DNA of 20,000 nt from an uncultured virus (IMG/VR IMGVR_UViG_3300020048_000100) (lineage: Duplodnaviria; Heunggongvirae; Uroviricota; Caudoviricetes): IMG/VR virus record IMGVR_UViG_3300020048_000100. One strand, 5' to 3'. The notes beneath the pieces were generated by a model. It saw only the letters and a list, made by a program, of their open reading frames with translations. It made no database searches and was not told the origin of the DNA. Below are positions 11,276 to 20,000 of the stretch, one piece after another. The translations under genes and the position numbers were made by a program. Positions within the stretch are counted from its first letter, which is position 1; each line of letters begins with the position of its first letter.

Positions 11276-12745
11276 TCAGGCAGTAGGATTCAAAATTTTA
11301 AGTTTTCCAAACCAATCATTACGATACATATGAGTAGCATATCTTGTATGGAAAACAATTCCCATTTGCCCTGTGCTTTCAGTCCAAGGTACAGCAGTCA
11401 AAGGAATGTAAGGAGCATAAACATAACCAGATTCCTCAATACGTGAACCCTTATAAACCATAAGAATTTCATCTGTGGGCACCAAATTAGATGTATAAAC
11501 TTTATAAGTTCCACCATTAACATCAAACTTAGAATATCCAACAGATACGTTTTCTTCTCCAAGAGGGGTAATAGAAGAAGCCCCATAGGACTACAGCTAA
11601 CTTCTAAGAATCTACAATGCGGTTGGGTGCATAACCATAATCTTAGGTTCAGCAATGTTAGTTCTTGTCTACATTGTCTATGCAAGTTCATTTATCTTAA
11701 TCATTAATGTTTCATACCAATCTTTTCTTGTTCCATAGAAAGCAGATGCGGGTTGCTGTTTATCCCAAGTAACATAATTACTCTTGCTCTATCCATTAAA
11801 CAATTCATTCAGAATCTGACCATTGATTTCTTGAGCTAAAATATTAGCAATATTATCATACATTTCAACTTGAGCATCAAGACCATCAATAGCAGACACA
11901 TCTTCCCAAAATTCAGGGTGCCATTTTGCTCTCAGCTTTCTATTAGAAACGGTAACCTATTCATTAGAGATTTCAAAAGTAACTTCTCTACCATTGAAAT
12001 CAGAATTTTCCTATGAAACCCAATCTTTTGAGTATTCAACTTTAAGTGTCCAAGTACCAGTAGACTATGCTTTTCTAAGTTTTTCAATTGTATAAATTGC
12101 AAGAACACCATTTTCATAGTCAACTGATCCAATAATACCATCACCAACAATCTTTCCAAGCCCATCATCAGACTAAATATATTCAGGGTCTAAGAAAGAA
12201 CCAGAATCTCCAACAACAGTATTCTGCAAGAAAAGTTTTACACTACCAAGGGCAATCTTTGTTGAAAGACCTGTTTTAACCCATGATTGTGTATCATTTG
12301 TGCTGTTGATTTCATTTTCAGCAGAAACAAGTGCAGCAGAAACAGGAATGTTCTAACCACTCAAAGGAACGATCCCAGGAAGTTGTGTATTCTAATAATT
12401 TACAACCAATTTTCTAATGAATCCAGTAGGCTATGAAATAGCTTGTGTGGAAACAATCTCATTAGCAATAAGCATAGGCCAATATCGTCTAACCAATGGA
12501 AGAATAACCTTAGAAACTTTCGCAACATCAAATTGTGAGTTAACAGCTTCTGTCAAAAGGTATTTTCTTTCATTTTCAAGAACCATATTAAACTGTGCTT
12601 GCATTTTAGGACTTGTAAGTGTCTTTGATTCAGTTGTAATAATTCTTTTCTTGAGCTAATCCCAAAGGGTATCTGTGGTAACAACCTTTGCAAAATTATC
12701 TTCCAAACTTTTGTTTTTCTCGTACATACTTGAAAAATTTGCCAT
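11276..12745 (-). CDS. gp23: Major capsid protein, T4 gp23-like (489 aa, 14 in-frame TAG)
   Basis: AGGGGG SD. Motifs LPLVRRYWPMLIANEIVSTQAIS*PTG, RKLRAKWHPE...DGLDAQVEM...QEINGQIL and YKGSRIEESGYVYAPYIPL...TRYA. Confidence 0.95.
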
Positions 12746-12781
12746 AACTTTAATCCCCCTATTATTATTTAATTAAGTTTT

Positions 12782-14869
12782 TCACTATAGTTTTTCAATT
12801 GAATTAAGTGTGTTTTTAAAATTTGAATTTTCGTCTGGATATACTGTATTAATTTTTGATGTATTCAAAAGTTTTGAGCTATCTTTAATAGAAACATCCT
12901 TTGTTGCTGGTGTTGCAACTTCTTTTACTTCTTTTTTCTTTTCAATGTCAAACAAACGCATAAACTATTCATTTAATATTGTATTTCCATCTTTTGAATA
13001 AGATTCTTCTAAATTTTCTTCCTCTTCCTCGTCGTCCTCATCATCTTTAGGTTCTTCATTTAAAATGTCATCTGTTGTAAGATCAGGATTGAAACTATTT
13101 TCAGTATTATCTTTTATGTCTTCCATTGAACCAGATTCTGGTTCTTCTGGTGTTTCGTCTGGAGTTTCAGGCTCAGGTATTGGTTCTGGCTCAATTTCCC
13201 CCTAAATAGCTTGTGTATCTTCTTTTTTCTATCCAAGTGTTTCCAAAGAATCAGAAACATTATTCTAAACTTTATCCCCCAATTGTTCCTATGTATTATT
13301 AAGTAATTCTTCAATTTTACTAACAATTTGTTTTGTTACTTCTGCCTAAATAGAATCAATTTGAATTTCAGGTTTTCCCTATTCTGGTTCAAGTTCAGCA
13401 GTATCCTCAACATCCTATTCAAAATCTTCATCTGCTTCTTTTATAATTTTTTTAGATTTTTTAATTTGCTTAGATTCAATCTAAACTTCACTTATATTTG
13501 ACCAATCCATCTAACCAGAACTAATTTTTCCAACTGGTTTTTGTGTTTTATCAGACATAATTGTGTATTCTTTTGATTTTGAAAGCATTGGAATTATTCT
13601 TTCGATATCTGCTTTTGATTTAAAGAAACAACCATCAAATAAATCAGAATCCAAAATATAAAACAGTTCTTTAACATTATTATCAATTTCAGAAGGTTCC
13701 TCTTCAATCTCAGATTCTGGGGTTTCTGTAAATGGTTTTGATACTGGTTCAACAGAATTTTCCTATTCTTCTTTAATAACTTTTTTATTAGTGGTTTTCT
13801 ATTCCTATTGCAAAGTTTTTTTCTATTCATCCAATTCTTTTACTTTTGCATCAAAACTATCTACCAAAGTGTCTTTCTACTATTTTGTTTGATCAGATGG
13901 ATTTTCCATATAATTCTTATTCTATTCTGTTAATTTTTCATAAATGATTTTAAGTTCATCTGTTAATGTTTGAATTTTATCCATTTTCTCACTCTACTCT
14001 TTTACAATATTATTTTTATTCATAGTTGTCTACTCCTATATATTTTTAAATTTTATGAAATCATTCCATTTTATGATTGCTTGATTCTAATTGTTATCCT
14101 ATTGGTTTTCTAAGTTTAACTATGTATTAAAATCATATGCTACATAATTTTTTACAGAATTTAAATCTAATTCATCAGATTGTATATCAACAGGAATACC
14201 TTTACCACTTGTAACTGCATTAACGATATCATACATAATACTTAAATCATTTTCATTATTTTTAAATTCTTTTTTAAAATTTTTTGTTGGTATAGAAACT
14301 ATGTAATTACCATTTTCCAAAAAATATATTTTTTCAGTAGTATTATTTTCTGTAATAAGATTTGTTTCTAATGATTCCATAATTCTTTTTTTAACTTCTT
14401 TAACTTTAGTGTTTTTATTTGATTTTATATTACTCTCTATCAATGCAATAAGTTCTTTTTTTATTTTCTATGTCTAAGATTCAATAAACTGCATATTTTC
14501 ATCTGAATCAGAATCTGTTTGATTTTCCAAATCTAATACTAAATCCTCTTTTTCAACTTCTTCTGGTTGTATGAGTATATTTGTTTCTGTTTCAGACTTT
14601 TGTGATGTTACCCCTTCATTTGCATTAGTTTCACCATTTAAAGTTTTTTCAATAGCATCTACAAAATTTATATCTAATCCTGCTTCTTTCTATTTAGTTA
14701 TAACTTTTTCTTTCTATAAATCATATATTGTATTCTAAATAGTATAGAGTTCTGATGTATTTGGTTCCTCAAAATTTTCTGGGATATCTTGTATTCTATT
14801 TTGTGGATTGCCTGAGTATGTTTCCCAAGACAATTCTGAATTTCTGATTTCTTCTGGTGTCATTGTCAT
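12782..14869 (-). CDS. Prohead core/scaffold protein (up to 695 aa, acidic, Glu/Pro-rich); possible second start at 14023
   Basis: AAGGAG SD and ATG 14869; no TAA/TGA in frame until TGA 12782. Lies between protease and capsid genes. Many I/L-x-E motifs. Internal AGGAG...ATG at 14023 is in the same frame. Confidence 0.7.
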
Positions 14870-14878
14870 AACTCCTTA

Positions 14879-15619
14879 TTACATAATTATTTTATTTCTA
14901 AACTATGATACTTCACGCTAAATAAACTATTTTAATTGTTTAATTTCAGATTCTTTTATAGAAGTATCATTTTTAATATCATTTTCTAATAATTTAAATA
15001 AAATAATATCATTCAACTTCTATAACTATTTTGTATTACCTATAATTTCTTTATTTTTATCTATTAAATAATTCATGTTTTCTACTAAATTTTGTTTTGT
15101 AAAATATGTAATTGGATATGACGGATTAGAAACAATATCCCATGTAATAATATCTAATGATTCAGCAATATAATTTCCTTTTGCCTATCTTAATTCACCA
15201 GACTATCTCAAACTTGTGCCAATAGAAATATCTTGTTCTATTAGATTCATAAGAATCTACCCATTTGGATTATTTTGAATTATTTCAAATTCTCCACCAA
15301 CAATTTTATTATTTTTGTCTACTTTAATATCAGTAATTAAATGGGACTATTCTTTAAAATATACAAGCCCTGATCTCTCATCACCATGGGGATGGTCAAG
15401 TTCTCCAACTAACTAACGTTTTGAAATTTTTTCTTGAATATTAGAAATCTAAGTTTCCATTTCTTGTAGTGGATAGATTCGTCTATTAGCACCCTATACA
15501 TCGCATTCAATAAGATTTAATCTAAATTTTTTAGGTTTTTCTTTATTGTTAACAGAAACAGATTCTGTTATAATTGGTTTTTGATATAATTTAACTTCAT
15601 TTAAAATCATTTTTGACAT
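14879..15619 (-). CDS. gp21: Prohead core protein protease, T4 gp21-like (246 aa)
   Basis: GGTGA SD. Motifs ANRRIYP, GELDHP, *SHLIT, NPNG*IL, IGTSLR*SG and WDIVSNPS; ends TAA TAA. Confidence 0.92.
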
Positions 15620-15706
15620 GTATTATCACCATCTCTAATTTTATTATTCACTTAATTTAACTAAAAATTTACGTAATTTCTTTTTAATGGAAAAATTATT
15701 TTTACA

Positions 15707-17725
15707 TTATTCTTTTTCTTCTTCATCTTCTTCAGTTTCTATAGTTTCTTTAAAATTCTATAACTCTGTAGATGTAAATACTTTGAAATAATTCAATAAA
15801 TTTTCTACACTAAACCCTGTCATTTCATTTATACTTCTTATTAGATCCAATCTCTAAGATATTGTTTCCTATCTTTCCTTTTGCTCAAGCTATACAGGCT
15901 AAAATAGTTTACAAACAATTTCTTCTTGGTTAAGCATATCTTTAATAGTCTTATCTACTAAATATGTTGTTCTTTTATTATTTATTGTTGATAAAATATT
16001 AAAACTGTTTAAGAATAATTGATTAATTCCTTCATTCAAATCCTATTGAAGATGTATAATCTGCCTCTACATTCTGTGATCTTGTAAAGTTAATACTGTC
16101 TATTGTCCACTTAAATTTTCATTATATCCTAAATAGGAAGGGGGGATTTTCAAAGATGATAGTAATTTATCATGCCAATATTTCATATCATCATACCACT
16201 ATTGCATTTGCTATCCTTCTACGTTTTCTATATTTAATAATTCATTTCCATTTTTTTTCAATATAAAATAATCTTCCATCAATGTAATTAAATCAAGATT
16301 TTCTTGTAATGTACCATTAACATCAATAGTTTTTTGTGATTTCAATTCATTTTTAATTCTGTTAACATATTCAGGTATTTTTTCTTTCTAAATTCCAGTT
16401 ACGTCTACAACATACTTTTTTCTATCTGGCTATTTTGTTAATCTGTATATGATCATCTAATATTCTAATAATAATATTAAAGACTATATAGACCTAACAG
16501 AATCTAATAACCCCTAACCATATGGATAATATTTATAATCAGTTAAAGTAAAATGCTAAATATGATCTGGTAAAATATATCTAACCATTCTATTTTTTAA
16601 TATGCTCCCATAATTTGGATCAATATCCATTAACTATTCTATTCTTTTATCTTCTCCACTTTGTGTTTTATTTCCCATATATGGATTTAAATCAATTTGG
16701 AATTGCAATGTAAATTTATCTTTTAGCATCTAAGAATTGACTGTCTATTCTTTTAATAATTCCTAAAAATTTGCTCTTTGAAAAGAATCATTTAATAATA
16801 CGGATCGAATATCATCAAACTATTTTGCAGTTGATTTATTACTCTAACCATTTAAATCCATTATAGATTCAAACATAATATCTTGGTTGTCTACTGATTC
16901 TTTAAATACCTAAATATTAGTAAAGTTTTTAAATTTTTCAACATCTAATTCTTTTAATAAGAATGTTAAAAAATCTAAACTTAATCTTGTTTCATCTAAT
17001 AATTCATTATTTATATCTTTTGGAAGAACTAAATAACCAAGACATACATTATCTAATTGCAATATTAAAACTTGTTTTGGTGATAGTGAATTGTATGTTA
17101 AATAATTAGAAACGAATAAATCTTTATTTAATTTTTTTGATACAATATTCTATTCATCTTTATTAGACAAAATTGGGTCTGATATTTCTATAAATCCATC
17201 ACCATAAAACAACTAATTATGTATAGCTTGTTTTATAATTGGATAAATTTTATTTCTTCTTGCATATATACTTAAATAATCCTATAAATTAACATTAATT
17301 TTTTGAAGCAACCCATCATTATCTTTTTTAAATTCAAATTCTTGTATCTATTCTTCTGTGTTCATATCAAAATTTATAAATTCAGATGTATATATTTCTG
17401 GATTTATAACTAAATCATATACAAGTTTAACCTAATTATTCTATTCTGGTATTTTCTACTATATGAGTTCATACTCCATATATCTTGATAATCTCTATTG
17501 AATATATCTTGAATAATCAAATTGAGAAAATTTCTGAATCTAATCATTGACATCGCCAAATATTCTACTACTTAATAGCCCATAATACTGATCTTCGACT
17601 GTTTGCTCTATTTTATCTTTTGTATAATTAAAAATTTTCTGTTGTAATTCTGAATCTACAACATTTTTTGTTCCTCTATTAAAAATTGCTTTCTAAAATT
17701 TCTTTATTGAATCACGTATTGCCAT
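15707..17725 (-). CDS. gp20: Portal protein, T4 gp20-like (672 aa)
   Basis: Motifs IPE*NN*VKLV, FYGDGFIE, I*HF...PYG*GLLDSVR...LEY*MIIYRLTK*PDRKKYVVDV, MEDYFI, SLKIPPSYLG and QDHRM*RQIIHLQ. Confidence 0.93.
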
Positions 17726-19277
17726 TGTCTGTATCCCCACTTTCTTCTGAAATCAAATTAATGATTTCATTTTCGTTTGCATCTTTCAAATATAAAAATA
17801 CAATTATTGTTACTAATTTAATCAAATTATTTTGTTTTCCATTAATTATATCAATATAATATAAATAATACTTCTTTTCATTTAATAGAGATTCAACTGT
17901 TCTATTATATAAAACTGGAGAAAAAGACACTTCTTTTTCTTCTTCATATTTTTCAACTGTAATATTTAGTTTTTTACCAAGATAATCTTCTTTAAACTTC
18001 TTTTCTATTTGTATAATTTTATCTAAAGATTCTTGCTATTTTTCTAATATTTTTGATAAAATTTCTTTTACTTCTTGGTTTTTATCGTTATATTTATTAT
18101 AAAGATAAGAAGTTATTGATTTATATGTTAGTTCTGGTAATTTTGATTTTAATGTTTTATTCTAATCTCCAATTATTAAATCATTGATCTATTGTCTAAA
18201 TATTGTTTTTATTGCTGGCTGATCGTTTTCTTTATCATATTTTGTTATGTTTTCTATTGGACTCCAAAAAAATTTATTTAATTCAGAAAAATAATTTCTA
18301 TCAACAAGTTTAACCATTTCATCTTTATTTGTTGAATCTCTAAATACAACTCCTTCAATATCATTTTTGTTATATAATTTATCCTCTAAATTTTTATTTA
18401 TTGATTTTAATAATAACTATTTAATTTTTGTTTTTCTATTAAACATTTCCTCTATAATATTTGACATCTATGTTTTATATTGATCTCTTTTACTTATTGG
18501 AATACTATTTAATTTTAAATTACAAGCTTCATCATTTGTATATTCTGGTATATCTTTATTTTTCTAATTCATAAAATCTTTAAAAGAATTTAATTCCTAT
18601 TTTATTTGATTAAATACCTCTTTATTCTAAAATTCAGGATAATTATTAACTTGTTCTATTTTTGATAATGTCCAAGACTCTTCTTTAACAACAGAAAATA
18701 AATTAACTGATTTTTCATTAACTTCTTCTAATTCATACTGTTTTATTTTAAATGTAAAAACAGAATTTTTGCTTAATAGCTCATCTATAAAAATATCAAA
18801 AGTCTATTCGTTTAATTTTTCTGTTTCATACTCTTTATTATCTAAAATAACTTTTCCACCAAGAGGTCTTATAATAATTAACATACCATATTTATTTCCA
18901 TAATATAATATATTTCCATTTAATGGAGGTACTATTTCACATTCAAAAGAATAATTCTTTTCTTTTGGAAAATATTTTTCAAAAATCTATTTATTTTTAT
19001 TGTATATTTCAGACATAAACTTATGCTAACTTCGTATATTATTATAAATATACGTTTTTCCCCATTCTGTATAATCTTTTTTTAATTCTATTTGATTTTT
19101 AGAAATTCTACACTAATAAATTTTATCTTCTATAATAGAAAATGATATATTCTAAACTCCATCAACTTTTACACTCTATAATAAAGTTTCATCTGGGTTT
19201 ATAATATTATCAACCCATTGGATAAATTTCTTATTTTCTAAATCTTCTATATGAATAATACCTTCTGTTAATATCAT
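17712..19277 (-). CDS. Nucleotidyltransferase/RNA-ligase-fold protein (DUF6267-like, 521 aa)
   Basis: HIEDL, motif I VKVDG, motif III FECEI, motif IV IEGVVF and motif V MVKLVDR...F. Open from ATG 19277 to TGA 17712 and overlaps the portal start by 14 nt. Confidence 0.7.
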
Positions 19278-19293
19278 TTTCTCAACACCTTTA

Positions 19294-20000
19294 TTAAATA
19301 TCTAAGAGTTTTTTAAACAAGTTTTTCTATTCTTTTTTTGTAGTTATTAATTGTTTATATAATTGTTTAACCTATTCTGATGGGTTTTTGATATATTGTA
19401 TCTATTTATAATTTTTATTTATCTACTACGTTTGAACCTATTCTGTTGGGTTTTTAATATATTTTAACTAATACTAATCTTGCTTAACCTACTATAATTG
19501 AACCTATTCTGATGGGTTTGTAATATATTGTATCTAATTCCAATTTTGTTTAATCTACTACATTTGAACCTATTCTGATGGATTTTTAATATATTCTAAC
19601 TAATATCCATTTTGATTTACCTACTACATTTGAACCTGCTCTGATGGATTTTTAATATATTGTATCTAAAACCCATATTTTTTAATCTACTACATTTGAA
19701 CCTATTCTGATGGGGTTTTAATAAATCGAATCGAATATTCATATTGATTAATCTACTACATTTGAACCTATTCTGATGGGTTTTTTATATAACATATCTA
19801 ATTTCCATTTTGATTTACCTACTATAATTGAACCTATTCTGATGGGGCTTCAATATAATATATCTAATTTCCATTTTGATTTACCTACTATAATTGAACC
19901 TATTCTGATGGATTATCAATATATTTTATCTAATGCCCACTTTGTTTTACCTACTATAATTGAACCTATTCTGATGGATTATCAATATATTTTATCTAAT
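19294..20000 (-). CDS. Helical tandem-repeat protein (DUF4116-like), C-terminal part; start lies beyond the window
   Basis: 22-aa unit NPSE*VQ(L/M)**(V/I)(K/N)QNGx*IxYIK repeated in one frame, ending TAA TAA at 19294. Confidence 0.85.
19365..20000. repeat. Coding tandem repeat, 66-bp period, about 10 copies in window
   Basis: CCTATTCTGATGG core (or a near variant) at 19371, 19437, 19503, 19569, 19635, 19701, 19767, 19833, 19899 and 19965. Confidence 0.95.

Noticed and set aside
6847..13830. Track ORFs 6847..7029, 9152..9340(+), 10275..10562, 11398..11691, 11932..12168, 12417..12659(+), 12810..13001(+), 13114..13326 and 13594..13830
   Set aside because: These are alternate-frame or antisense shadows of the longer TAG-readthrough genes, with no recognisable motifs.
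19365..20000. CRISPR-like array (66-bp period with a conserved core)
   Set aside because: The period is an exact multiple of 3, the would-be spacers resemble each other and encode a conserved 22-aa repeat, and no cas genes are in view.
1..20000. Degraded prophage or pseudogenes full of nonsense mutations
   Set aside because: Interruptions are exclusively TAG, with no frameshifts or internal TAA/TGA, and catalytic and structural motifs, SD sites and gene packing are intact.
1..20000. Plain code 15 (TAG=Gln) as the full explanation
   Set aside because: It gives the right gene boundaries but puts Gln at conserved small-residue columns (portal RAP, neck RAL, repeat LAAV, RCC1 LYAWG). Kept only as a possible minor or ancestral component.
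1..20000. TAG as pyrrolysine, or TGA reassignment
   Set aside because: TAG occupies small-residue positions and occurs in runs of 2-3, which is implausible for bulky Pyl. TGA terminates several genes (1312, 9397, 10710, 11276, 12782, 17712) and Trp is encoded by TGG.

Overview
This is an AT-rich segment of a large T4-like (myovirus-type) bacteriophage genome covering the head-neck-baseplate structural module, almost all on the minus strand. The standard-code ORF track is fragmented because TAG is a sense codon here. Reading through TAG while keeping TAA and TGA as stops gives a tightly packed set of long genes with Shine-Dalgarno sites. From right to left these are a DUF4116-like repeat protein, an RNA-ligase-fold protein, portal, prohead protease, core/scaffold, major capsid protein, neck protein, a gp6-like baseplate wedge and an RCC1-repeat virion protein. 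A small divergent sigma70-driven cassette sits at 7.5-8.8 kb. The main observation is that in-frame TAG codons (roughly 200 by manual reading) repeatedly fall on positions that are conserved alanine in these families, not glutamine as in known code-15 phages. This points to a TAG=Ala genetic code, with a minority of sites that look like Gln. Family assignments come from motif recognition by eye; no database searches were run. In the peptides quoted, * marks an in-frame TAG.
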